A stretch of 64,000 nt of DNA from Thermoanaerobaculia bacterium (GTDB lineage: Bacteria; Acidobacteriota; Thermoanaerobaculia; Multivoradales; UBA5704): the NCBI GenBank assembly GCA_035544875.1, contig DASZZP010000085.1, forward strand, positions 316 to 64,315. The letters are read 5' to 3'. This document shows positions 18,763 through 27,144 of the stretch, piece after piece; within the stretch, counting starts at the first letter, position 1; every line of letters starts with the position of its first letter. The position numbers and the translations under genes were made by a program. Under the pieces are notes generated by a model. It saw nothing but the letters and a program-made list of their open reading frames with translations. It was not told the DNA's origin and searched no databases.

Positions 18763-20172
18763 ATGAGAAAAGAGAGGCCCGAGATGACCGAAACCAAGCC
18801 CGTTCCCCCTACCCGCCGGCAGTTCATCCGGCAGTCGGTGTGCGCCGCGGTCGGCATGACCTCGCTCGCCTCGACCGTCTTCGACCTGCGGCGCGTGGCC
18901 GCCGCGGCGCCCCTCACCGCCGCCGACTACAAGGCCCTGGTCTGCGTCTTCCTCTACGGCGGCAACGACTGCAACAACATGCTGGTGCCCTACGACCCGG
19001 CCGACTACGCCAGCTATGCCGCGGCGCGCATGGGCCTCGCCCTGCCCCGCACCGCCCTGCTGCCGATCAACCTGGTCGGCGGCGGCGACGGCCGCCTGTG
19101 GAGCCTCCATCCCAACATGGTCGGCCTGCAGGGCCTGTTCAACCAGCAGAAGATGGCCGTCCTGGGCAACGTCGGGCCGCTGGTCGCGCCGGTCACCCAG
19201 GCCGACTACATCAACGGCACCGCGGCGCTGCCGCCGCAGCTCTTCTCGCACAGCGACCAGACCACCCACTGGCAGACCTCGATCCCCGACCAGCCACCGC
19301 AGACCGGCTGGGGAGGGCGGGTCGCCGACATGCTGCACGCGCTCAACGGCACGTCGCAGATCTCGATGAGCCTGTCGCTCGCCGGCATCAACACCTTCCA
19401 GGTCGGCAACGTCGTCACCCAGCTCCAGGTGTCGCCGAACGGCGCCTTCGGCCTGGACGGCTACACCGCCGACACCACCGACCCGGCCTCGAACGCGCTG
19501 CGCGCCCTGCTCGCCAGGAGCTACGGCAACCTCTTCCAGTCCGGTTACCGCGACGTCTTCTCGCGCGCCCTCGGCGACAACCAGCTGCTGCAGACCGCGC
19601 TCGCCGGCCTGCCGCCGCTGACCACCGTCTTTCCCGCGAGCGATCTCGGCCAGCAGCTGCTCACCGTCGCCCATCTCATCCAGGCGCGCGCCGCGCTCGG
19701 CCAGCAGCGCCAGGTCTTCTTCGTCGCCACCGGCGGCTTCGACACCCACGGCGGCCAGCTGCCGGCGCACGTGCAGCTGCTGCAGGACGTGTCCGACTCC
19801 CTCGCCGCCTTCTACGCGGCGACCGTCGAGCTGCAGGTGCCGGGCAGCGTCACCGCCTTCACCGCCTCCGACTTCGGCCGCACCTTCGTCTCCAACAACG
19901 ATCCCAACGGCGACGGCTCCGACCACGGCTGGGGGAGCCACCACCTGATCGTCGGCGGCGGCGTCCTGGGGGGCCGGCTCTTCGGCCGCGTGCCGACGCT
20001 CGCCATCGACGGCCCCGACGACACCGGCGACGGCCGCTGGATCCCGACCACCTCGGTCGACGAGTACTCCGCCACCCTCGCTAAGTGGTTCGGCGTCAGC
20101 CCGACCGAAATGCGCACCGTCTTTCCCAACCTGAACCGCTTCAGCAACCCGGACCTCGGCTTCATGGGCTGA
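18763..20172 (+). CDS. DUF1501-family (sulfatase-like) protein with Tat signal
   Basis: TRRQFIRQSVCAAVGMTSLAS is a Tat signal. ..FLYGGNDCNNMLVP..FSHSDQ..GGFDTHG..SDFGRT..GSDHGWGSH is DUF1501. The start may be ATG 18784, which has the better SD. Confidence 0.85.
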   Translation: MRKERPEMTETKPVPPTRRQFIRQSVCAAVGMTSLASTVFDLRRVAAAAPLTAADYKALVCVFLYGGNDCNNMLVPYDPADYASYAAARMGLALPRTALLPINLVGGGDGRLWSLHPNMVGLQGLFNQQKMAVLGNVGPLVAPVTQADYINGTAALPPQLFSHSDQTTHWQTSIPDQPPQTGWGGRVADMLHALNGTSQISMSLSLAGINTFQVGNVVTQLQVSPNGAFGLDGYTADTTDPASNALRALLARSYGNLFQSGYRDVFSRALGDNQLLQTALAGLPPLTTVFPASDLGQQLLTVAHLIQARAALGQQRQVFFVATGGFDTHGGQLPAHVQLLQDVSDSLAAFYAATVELQVPGSVTAFTASDFGRTFVSNNDPNGDGSDHGWGSHHLIVGGGVLGGRLFGRVPTLAIDGPDDTGDGRWIPTTSVDEYSATLAKWFGVSPTEMRTVFPNLNRFSNPDLGFMG

Positions 20173-20211
20173 AGCCAACGCGATCGGTACACGACTCCTC
20201 GCGGTTGGTTT

Positions 20212-20283
20212 GGTTGGCCCGGAGGAGCTCGAGGACTGCACCGGACCCGCGGGGCGGTGCGCAGGCGCGGAGGTACGCCGGGC
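20212..20283 (+). repeat. Copy B of the ~70-nt intergenic repeat family
   Basis: GGTTGGCCCGGAGGAGCTCGAGGACTGCACCGGACCCGCGGGGCGGTGCGCAGGCGCGGAGGTACGCCGGG aligns with copies at 10412 and 38302. It lies 40 nt after the DUF1501 stop. Confidence 0.6.
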
Positions 20284-20588
20284 TCAGGCTCGATCGACCG
20301 GCGGTGAGGGCGCCTTGGTCGGCCGGCTGGATCGACCGGCGGCGGCGCTTGATCGGCCGGCTCGATCGGCCGGCGGGAAGGGGCGGCCCTCGTCGGGCTC
20401 CCTCGGCGCGCGGGCCTTTAGTCGCGTCGCTTCGCGATGGCCGCACGTCCGGTAATGGACGTGCGGCACTAACTCCCAGGACGACTGGTGCCCCATCCAC
20501 AAGCAGACCGGGATCGAACGATACCGCTGGCGGCGGCGTGCGGAAGAAGGTGCCGGTGCAGCGGCCGCCGGAGCACTGAGGGCATAGC

Positions 20589-20704
20589 CCCCATTTCTCA
20601 CACGCCTCCTGCTGCGTCGGCGGAAATGGGCCTGTCTGCTGCGTTGCGCCTTGCACCCAGGACCATTTGCGCCGCCTCGCGACGAACGCGTGTGAGAAAT
20701 GGGG
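20589..20704. repeat. Perfect 17-bp inverted repeat pair with an 82-bp spacer
   Basis: CCCCATTTCTCACACGC (20589-20605) and GCGTGTGAGAAATGGGG (20688-20704). It is followed by three tandem GGCCTAG(A)GC units (20703-20732) that run into the senB stop codon. Confidence 0.6.
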
Positions 20705-20726
20705 CCTAGAGCGGCCTAGAGCAGGC

Positions 20727-21740
20727 CTAGCGCGGGAAGAGCTCGGCGAGCAGCCGCCGCCAGCCTTCTCGCTCGCAGGCCGGGTCGACCAGCGGCCGCA
20801 GGGCTTGGCAGCGCGCCGCGAGCTCGGCGAGCAGCTGCGGGTCGCGCTCGCAGCGCCACAGCAAGGCGGCGAGCGCGGCCGCGTCGCCGGCGGGATAGCA
20901 GCCGGGATAGTCCTCGCCGAGGATGCCAAGCGAGCCGGGAATGCGGCTCGTCACCACCGGCACGCCGGCGGCGATCGCTTCCGAGACCACGTTGGCGCCC
21001 CCCTCGAGCCACGAGCTGACGGCCAGCAGGCGGCAGCGGGCGAGCAAGGCCAATGCCTCGGCGCGCGGCAGCTCGCCGAGCCAGCGATAGCGGCGGTTCG
21101 TGGCCATCTCCTGCTGGGCCGCCGCGCCGAGCTCGGTGTCGAGGGCGGCACCGGCGTGTAGCACCAGGAGCCGCGAGCGTTCCGGCACTAGCCGGGCGGC
21201 GCGGGCGGCGCAGAGCGGGTCCTTGACCGCGCGCAGATGGGCGAGAAGGCAGATGGCAAACCCGCCGTCGGCGAGCTCCGCCAGCTCGCCGCTCAGCGGT
21301 GGCGCCGCCTCGGCAGACTGCAGGAGCACCCGCACCTTCGGCCGCTGCGCCGCCGGCAGCTCGGCCGCGGCCAAGGGCTGCAGCGCCACCAGCCGGTCGG
21401 CGGCGGCCACTGTCGCCGCCGCCTCGACGCTCGCGCCGAGGTCCTGGTAGAGGTCGGTGCCGGTGAGCGCCACCACCAGGGGACCGGCGGGGTGCTGCGC
21501 GCGATAGCGGCGGGCAGACTCGGCGCTCTTGCGTGCGTGCAGCGCCACCAGCAGCTCGCAGGCCTGGCCGTCCCAGTCCTCCGTGACCTCCACCCGGTGG
21601 CCGAGCTCGCCGAGCAGGCGTGCCCAGCGTTCGGCGGTCACCCGGTTGCCCTGGCGCGACCCTGGCCGGGCCGGCGTTACCAGCTGGATGCGGAGCGGCC
21701 GCGAAGAACCTGCTGGTGACTCGGTGCCCAAGGCTCTCAC
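20727..21740 (-). CDS. senB: Glycosyltransferase resembling selenoneine-pathway selenosugar synthase SenB (TIGR04348-type)
   Basis: The GTG at 21740 forms a GTGA overlap with the upstream EgtB-like stop. ..LRIQLVTPARPGSRQGNRVTAERWARLLGELGHRV..LLVALHARKSAESARRY..PLVVALTGTDLY..ADRLVALQ.. matches my memory of this family. Assignment rests on family recall plus synteny. Confidence 0.6.
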   Translation of the reverse strand: MRALGTESPAGSSRPLRIQLVTPARPGSRQGNRVTAERWARLLGELGHRVEVTEDWDGQACELLVALHARKSAESARRYRAQHPAGPLVVALTGTDLYQDLGASVEAAATVAAADRLVALQPLAAAELPAAQRPKVRVLLQSAEAAPPLSGELAELADGGFAICLLAHLRAVKDPLCAARAARLVPERSRLLVLHAGAALDTELGAAAQQEMATNRRYRWLGELPRAEALALLARCRLLAVSSWLEGGANVVSEAIAAGVPVVTSRIPGSLGILGEDYPGCYPAGDAAALAALLWRCERDPQLLAELAARCQALRPLVDPACEREGWRRLLAELFPR

Positions 21741-23026
21741 CGCGCGCAAGTGCGGAATCCCGCCCAGACGTCGCGCCGGTCCGGGGTGTAGAAGTTGCGC
21801 CAGGTGTTGCGCAACAGGCGGGCGCGGGTCGTCCAGGCGCCACCGCGCAGCACCCGATGAGTGCCGAACCAGGGTTGCGAGTACTCTCGATATGGGTCGG
21901 GAGTGAAGCCCGGGTAAGGCGCGAATTCGGTGGCGGTCCACTCCCAGACGTTGCCCAGCAGCTGCCGGCAGCCCTCCGGCGTGTCGCCGGCGGCGAGCGC
22001 GCCGACGTCGGTGCAACCCAGGCGCAGGCCGTCGAGGTTGGCGCGCTCGCCGCCGGCGGGCTCCTCACCCCAGGGGAGCCGCCGGCGCTCCGGGCCAGCA
22101 CCAGCGGCCGCGGCCTCCCACTCCGCCTCGCTGGGCAGCCGCCGGCCCGCCCAGGCGCACCACGCCTCCGCTTCGTAGGCGCTCACGTGCACCATGGCGC
22201 GGTGCGGCTCGAGGGTCACCCAGCGGTCGAAGTCGCGGCGCAGCCAGCCGCCCCCCTCGCGCCGCCAGTAGAGCGGCCCCTCCACTCCGGCACGCTGCCG
22301 CCACTCCCGTCCTGCAGGGCTCCAGAGCTCAGGATGTTGGTAGCCGCCGTCCTCGACGAACGGGGCGTATTCCCCCTGCGACACGGCCCCCCGCGCGATC
22401 CGGAAGGGTGCGACTTCCACTGCGTGCGCCCACTTCTCGTTGTCGAAGACGAAGGGCTCCTCCGGTGAGGCGCCGAGCAGGTAGGTGCCACCGGGGACTT
22501 CAGCATCGCCCGGCAGCAGGCCACCTGCCGCCAAGGGCGGCGGGGCCGGCAGCGCCGGCGGCCGATAGGCCAGCGTCTGGCGGGTGTAGGTAAAGGCCTC
22601 GTCGTGCATGTCCTCGTGGAAAACCGAGTAGAGCGCGTGGTAACGCAGCTCGGGGCTCGCGCCGTCGCGCGCCAGCGCCTGCAGCACCCGGTCACGGACC
22701 TCGGCGAGGTAGGCGTAGGTATCGCGCCGCGAGGGTAGCGGCAGGTCCCAGCGCGTGTCGTGGGGGATGGCGATCGAGTCGAAGAGGCGATCGGCGTCGG
22801 CCCGCAGCGGGGCGCGGCCGAGCACGTGGCGCAGCACCCACTTCTCCTGGAACCAGGCGACGTGGCTGATCTCCCACAGCAGGGGGTTGATGATGGCCAG
22901 CTGCGGCCCCATCATCTGCTCGTCACCGAGGTCGTCGACCAGCGCCAGGGTGCGGGCGCGGGCGTCTGCCACCCATCCGGCCAGGGTATCGGCGGTGGGC
23001 TGGCAGGCGGCGTGAAGGTTCTCCAT
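21737..23026 (-). CDS. senA: EgtB-like C-S/C-Se bond-forming enzyme (DinB_2 + FGE-sulfatase domains), candidate selenoneine synthase SenA
   Basis: The N-terminal DinB-like part is ..INPLLWEISHVAWFQEKW..FHEDMHDEAF. The C-terminal FGE-sulfatase part is ..AYEAEAWCAWAGRRLPSEAEWE..GNVWEWT..VLRGGAWTT. Choosing SenA over EgtB is inferred from the coupled TIGR04348-like gene. Confidence 0.65.
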   Translation of the reverse strand: MENLHAACQPTADTLAGWVADARARTLALVDDLGDEQMMGPQLAIINPLLWEISHVAWFQEKWVLRHVLGRAPLRADADRLFDSIAIPHDTRWDLPLPSRRDTYAYLAEVRDRVLQALARDGASPELRYHALYSVFHEDMHDEAFTYTRQTLAYRPPALPAPPPLAAGGLLPGDAEVPGGTYLLGASPEEPFVFDNEKWAHAVEVAPFRIARGAVSQGEYAPFVEDGGYQHPELWSPAGREWRQRAGVEGPLYWRREGGGWLRRDFDRWVTLEPHRAMVHVSAYEAEAWCAWAGRRLPSEAEWEAAAAGAGPERRRLPWGEEPAGGERANLDGLRLGCTDVGALAAGDTPEGCRQLLGNVWEWTATEFAPYPGFTPDPYREYSQPWFGTHRVLRGGAWTTRARLLRNTWRNFYTPDRRDVWAGFRTCAR

Positions 23027-23468
23027 GGCGGGCTCCGTTGCTGGTTGCCCATGCTACAACCACGCCGCGCGCGAACGCGGCGCCTGAATGCTCGAAGGAA
23101 CCACGCTGCTGAAGAACGTGCCCCGCAAGACGCAGCAGGTCACGGTGTCGATGGCGGCGACGACGCCCAAGCCCCGCCTGGTGAAGCTGGCGATCGCGCC
23201 GGCCGGCGAGGAGCCCTTCTCAAAAGCAATGATGCTGCCGAGGGGGACCGCACGAAGGACCTGGACGGATGTACCGTCCAGGTCGATGGCAGGAATTGCC
23301 GAGAGCCTCAGATCGTGCAGATCTTGCGAAAGGAACGTCTCACCCTTGGCGAGATCTTCAAATATTCAATCGATACATGTTCACATCAACTCAGCGGCCG
23401 CCCTGGCCGCGGCTCGATCTGCCTCCGCCGGGACGCGGCGACTGGGGCTTGCCGCCCTCTCCCGGCTT

Positions 23469-23768
23469 CTACGCGCCCTGGCCGGGCTTCTTCTCCCCCT
23501 GGCCGGGTTGGCCGGGCTTCTGCGTCCCCGAGTCCGGCTGGCCGGGCTTCTGCGCCCCCGAGTCCGGTTGGCCGGGCTTCTGCCCCCCCTGGCCGGGTTG
23601 GCCGGGCTTGTGCGCCCCCGGGTCCGGTTGGCCGGGCTTGTGCGCTCCCGGGTCCGGTTGGCCGGGCTTGTGCGCCCCCGGGTCCGGTTGGCCGGGCTTA
23701 CTTCCCTGACCTTGCTGGCCGCCCTGGCCTTGCCCCCCACCCTGGCTATGCTGATCTTTGTCCGACAT
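23469..23768 (-). CDS. Small Gly/Pro/Gln-rich repeat protein (KPGQPDPGAH decapeptide repeats)
   Basis: MSDKDQHSQGGGQGQGGQQGQGS(KPGQPDPGAH)x3 KPGQPGQGGQ KPGQPDSGAQ KPGQPDSGTQ KPGQPGQGEK... It lies next to a CsbD-like gene on the same strand. The ATG at 23768 is preferred over 23816. Confidence 0.55.
   Translation of the reverse strand: MSDKDQHSQGGGQGQGGQQGQGSKPGQPDPGAHKPGQPDPGAHKPGQPDPGAHKPGQPGQGGQKPGQPDSGAQKPGQPDSGTQKPGQPGQGEKKPGQGA
23481..23700. repeat. 30-bp tandem repeat, about 7.3 units
   Basis: Unit GCCGGGCTTNTGCGCCCCCGRGTCCGGTTG. The three units at 23601-23690 are nearly identical and the upstream units are more diverged. It lies inside the repeat-protein CDS. Confidence 0.9.
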
Positions 23769-23892
23769 GCGCAGCTCCTTCTGAAATGAGGATGCCTTTG
23801 TGACATCGACAACCATTCCTTAGAGCAACGAACGTGCCACTTGGACTTGCCCACAGGACTCCCCGGCGCGGATCCCTGCTGGATGCCAGGCT

Positions 23893-24081
23893 CTACTTCG
23901 CCAGCTTCTGTTCGGCGCGTCCGATTTTCTGCTGCGTTTTTCCCACTTCCTTCTGAACCGTGCCCTTGACCTCTCGACCGCGGTCGCCGGTCGCCGCGCC
24001 GATCTCCTCGTTCACCTTTCCCTTGACCTCGTTCGCGATGCCCTTGCCCTGGTTCTTCGCACCGTCTTTGCCGATTCCCAT
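23893..24081 (-). CDS. CsbD-family general stress protein
   Basis: ..GKGIANEVKGKVNEEIGAATGDRGREVKGTVQKEVGKTQQKIG.. is the typical CsbD repeat pattern. 62 aa. Confidence 0.8.
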   Translation of the reverse strand: MGIGKDGAKNQGKGIANEVKGKVNEEIGAATGDRGREVKGTVQKEVGKTQQKIGRAEQKLAK

Positions 24082-24431
24082 TGCGTCTCTCCTTGGCGAC
24101 TCTGTCGCCTGATAATGAGCTTCAAGAACTATAAAGATGACGATAGTGCAAGGTTCGAGCCAGGATCCGCAAGAGCGCGTAGACTCATAATGAGCACAAT
24201 TCCCGCAGTGCCCATGGCATGGGTCGCGGTTCGACGTGCGAACCGGCGCTTGCCCCTGTCATTTGAACCGGTGCTGCCCGGACAGGGACGAACCGTCAAG
24301 GCGGGTCGCTGGCGACTTGCCGCGCGGCAGACTCTCCCCGGGGCAGGTCGCGCTCTCCCGGGTTCGACCAGGCTACAAGCATTTCGGGCCAGCACGCCGC
24401 AGGCCCGAAATTCAGCAGAAGGGGGAAGGTG

Positions 24432-25676
24432 ATGAAGCGAAAGGGAAGCGGATCCAGCGGCAGCGACCGGCGGGCATTCTTGAAAAGGGGGATGTTGGCG
24501 GCGGGCGCGGTGACGACCTGGGGCGCCGGACTCTTGCCGAAGGGCTTGTCCGCCCTGGGCATCGAGGAGAAAGACAGCGGGCCCCTCACCACGGGGGACA
24601 TCGCGATCCTGAAGTTCTTGCAGGCCGTGGAGCAGATCGAGACCGATCTGTGGCTTCAATACTCGGAGCTCGGAGGCACGCAAGACAACGAAGTCTCAGG
24701 GGTCAATGGAGGAAACCCGCTCTACACGGCCGCCCTGCAGATTCTCGATAGCGACATGGACCAGTACATTCACGACAACACCGATGACGAGGCCAGCCAC
24801 GTGGCGTTCCTCGGCAAGTACCTGGAATCGAAGGGCGTGGCGGCGGTCAACCTCGAGCGGTTTCGTCATCTGCCGAGCAGTAGGGCGACCGGGGCGAACC
24901 AGAACTACCGCGGGGACGGCGGACGGCTCACCAACATCACACAGCTCACCATCGACACCAGCTTCTGGTCCCGCTACCGCAGCATCACGAATCCGGAGGT
25001 CGATACGGGCGCATCGTTCGCCCAGGCAGTTCCGGATTTGAGCAAGGGCCAGCATACGGCGATTCCCCGGACCGACGACGATACGGCCGGCAGCACGCTC
25101 AGCGCCGATCCGGCCAACAATCCCAACTCCATCTCCACGCATCTCCAGGCGATCGCCTTCACGGCGGGGTTTCACTTCGCCTTCATCGAGGGGGGCGGCA
25201 CCAGCCTCTACCCGACGCTGGCGCAGAACGTCACCAACCTGGAGGTCTTGCGCATCCTGCTGGCGATCGGCCCCAGCGAGACCATGCACTTCCAGACCTG
25301 GCAGGACAAGGCCGGCAATGCGCTGCCGATCTCCGACACGGATACGGGGTTCCGCGGGTCGACAGGGAGCTCGGTGACGTTTCCGGACCTCAAGAAGGCC
25401 CAAGGGGAGACCAACCCGGAATCTCTGAAAGGGGACACGTTGCAGGCCAACTTGATCTTCCCCGAGCCGACCCATTTCCTGAACAAGAGGTTCCCGCCCG
25501 TTTCGATCATTCGCCCCACGTCGATAAGGTTTTCGGGCGCGGTGGCCGCCGTCAAGGGGCTCGCGGCCGACGGGCTCTTCATCGGACACACCGTCAACGG
25601 CAAGTCAGACGGGCTCGTCGAGCTCCTGCTCCGTCTGGCCTTGCAGGCGGACGAGGCGCGGCGCGAGTCGACTTAA
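24432..25676 (+). CDS. Tat-signal ferritin-like domain protein (Ferritin_2 type)
   Basis: The SD GGGGGAAGG precedes the start. DRRAFLKRGMLAAGAV is a Tat signal. ..DIAILKFLQAVEQIETDLWLQYSELGG..DEASHVAFLGKYLES.. is the ferritin-like diiron-type helix pattern. Confidence 0.75.
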   Translation: MKRKGSGSSGSDRRAFLKRGMLAAGAVTTWGAGLLPKGLSALGIEEKDSGPLTTGDIAILKFLQAVEQIETDLWLQYSELGGTQDNEVSGVNGGNPLYTAALQILDSDMDQYIHDNTDDEASHVAFLGKYLESKGVAAVNLERFRHLPSSRATGANQNYRGDGGRLTNITQLTIDTSFWSRYRSITNPEVDTGASFAQAVPDLSKGQHTAIPRTDDDTAGSTLSADPANNPNSISTHLQAIAFTAGFHFAFIEGGGTSLYPTLAQNVTNLEVLRILLAIGPSETMHFQTWQDKAGNALPISDTDTGFRGSTGSSVTFPDLKKAQGETNPESLKGDTLQANLIFPEPTHFLNKRFPPVSIIRPTSIRFSGAVAAVKGLAADGLFIGHTVNGKSDGLVELLLRLALQADEARREST

Positions 25677-26202
25677 GGCAAAGGAGAAATGAGCACGGTC
25701 TGGGTGCGTATTCCGAGCGCAGCCGGCCAGGGATTCCGACGTCAAGGCGGCCACCCATTCCGATCGGTGCGGTCTCGGGCAGGCCCGCCCGAACGAGAAG
25801 AATCCCGTTGCCGACCCTGGGCGGCCACACCGAGGGGCGGTCGCCAGGTCGTCGTGATACCGATGTCTGCAGGATCAGGACAAGGTCAGCCTGGAAGTAC
25901 CCCACTACCGCTGCTCGGCGCGCCTCCCGCGTCCTCACGCGGAGGGTGTATAGGTGTATAATGATCTGGGGTAGGTCGCGGGCCGACCTCGAGGCAGAGA
26001 TACGAGAAAGACGCGGGACGGCCAGGACTTGGGACCGTCTTGCTGACTCAGATCGAGGCCGGCCGCGCCCTGGGCGCGAGTTCACGCATGTTCCTCTTCA
26101 CGCACCAGGCGGCCCTCGCCGGCGCGGCGGCGCCGAGACGCTCACTAGTGGACCAGCTACCGGTCTGCGCCCGATCGACAACGCGGAAAGGGGAAAGTCA
26201 AC

Positions 26203-27018
26203 ATGAAACCCGAGCACTCGAGGCTCTTGGCGAGCGTAGGATTCGCCGCCCTTCTTTCATGGGCGCAAACCTCCCCAGCACTGGCCGCGGCGGTCGCGCC
26301 ATCACTGGGTACGGCCTCGAGCTACACGGCCCTGGGTACAAACTCCATCCCGACTGTGGGGACGATGACCTGCACCACTTCCACCATCAACGGAGACGTG
26401 GGCTCCACCTTCACCTCGATCACCAACACCGGGTGCACGATCACCGGGGCGATCAACGCGCCGGTCGCCGCTTCGGTTGTAACTGACTTCAACAACGCGT
26501 ACAGCGCGCTGGATAGCCTGAACCCGATATGCGGCGGCGTCGTGCCGACCGTCAGCACCACGCTCCCGCCCGGTGTCTACTGCTCCGCTGCAGGGACCAC
26601 GATAGGCGCCGGCGTCATTTTTACGCTCACCGGGAACGCGAGCGATGTCTGGGTTTTCAAGATCGGGACCAGCGGGTTGGGCAGCCTCACGGGCAACACC
26701 TTCCAGGTGGTCATGGGCGGCACCGCGCTGCCGTGCAACGTGTATTGGCGGACCGCCCAGGCCGCCACGATGACGGATTCGCAGTTCATAGGAACCATCC
26801 TCGCGGGTAGCGCCATCACTCTGACCAGAGGAAACTACCTCGGGCGAGCCTTGGCGAAGACTGACGTGACGGTGACCAACGAAGCGCCAATGACCTTCGC
26901 GGGTTGCAGCCCGCCGCTGATCGCTCTTATCCCCACGCTCTCCGGGTGGGGGATGACCATTCTCGTGGCCCTCCTGGCCCTGTTGGGCTTCGCAGCGATC
27001 CGCAGGCTGGCGACGTAG
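26203..27018 (+). CDS. DUF3494 (ice-binding-like beta-solenoid) protein with IPTL-CTERM sorting signal
   Basis: Signal peptide, then LGTASSYTALGTNSIPTVG..INGDVGS..WVFKIGTSGL..ILAGSAITL is DUF3494. The C-terminus IPTLSGWGMTILVALLALLGFAAIRR is the IPTL motif plus a TM helix plus basic residues. Confidence 0.8.
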   Translation: MKPEHSRLLASVGFAALLSWAQTSPALAAAVAPSLGTASSYTALGTNSIPTVGTMTCTTSTINGDVGSTFTSITNTGCTITGAINAPVAASVVTDFNNAYSALDSLNPICGGVVPTVSTTLPPGVYCSAAGTTIGAGVIFTLTGNASDVWVFKIGTSGLGSLTGNTFQVVMGGTALPCNVYWRTAQAATMTDSQFIGTILAGSAITLTRGNYLGRALAKTDVTVTNEAPMTFAGCSPPLIALIPTLSGWGMTILVALLALLGFAAIRRLAT

Positions 27019-27144
27019 CCAGCAATCGCTCTTCTGACCTCGAAGCGATCACGGGGCGCACACCACCCTGATCGTGTTCCTCACCCCCATCTTCCTGGCA
27101 CGGGCAATCGCTCGACTCAAGCATCGACGCCGAAGGAGCCCGCA

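Noticed and set aside
15867-18917. A 1016-aa ORF on the minus strand opposite the DUF1800 gene. There are similar long antisense or alternative-frame ORFs elsewhere: 61-1254(-), 3602-5458(+), 4092-5573(-), 13068-15158(+), 18691-20241(-), 20716-22101(-), 28485-30359(-), 31479-34292(-), 34548-35948(-), 36716-38437(+), 41158-42513(+), 46267-47856(+, first 1.2 kb) and 61731-63746(+).
   Set aside because: Their translations are Arg/Ala/Gly/Pro-rich low-complexity strings with no family motifs. Each lies opposite or out of frame to a gene with clear homology. These are typical stop-codon-poor shadow ORFs of high-GC DNA.
20173-20726. A possible missing senC/selD gene or other small gene downstream of senB.
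   Set aside because: The ORFs here (20085-20579, 20162-20929, 20210-20455 and others) translate to Arg/Ala/Gly-rich low-complexity sequence across repeat DNA. No SelD-like motifs are visible.
23481-23700. A regular 30-bp repeat array that could at first glance be taken for a CRISPR array.
   Set aside because: The units are directly tandem with no spacers, are in frame inside a plausible small CDS, and no cas genes are nearby.
23088-23789. A 233-aa plus-strand ORF upstream of senA.
   Set aside because: Its second half is simply the antisense reading of the 30-bp tandem repeat (LAGLLRPRVR repeats). Its first half has no SD or recognisable motif.
25677-26202. A 525-bp gap containing GGTGTATAGGTGTATAATG, considered as a possible promoter or small RNA upstream of the DUF3494 gene.
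   Set aside because: There is only a TATAAT-like hexamer, with no convincing -35 box. I could not identify a conserved structure by eye, and the listed ORFs there are low-complexity.
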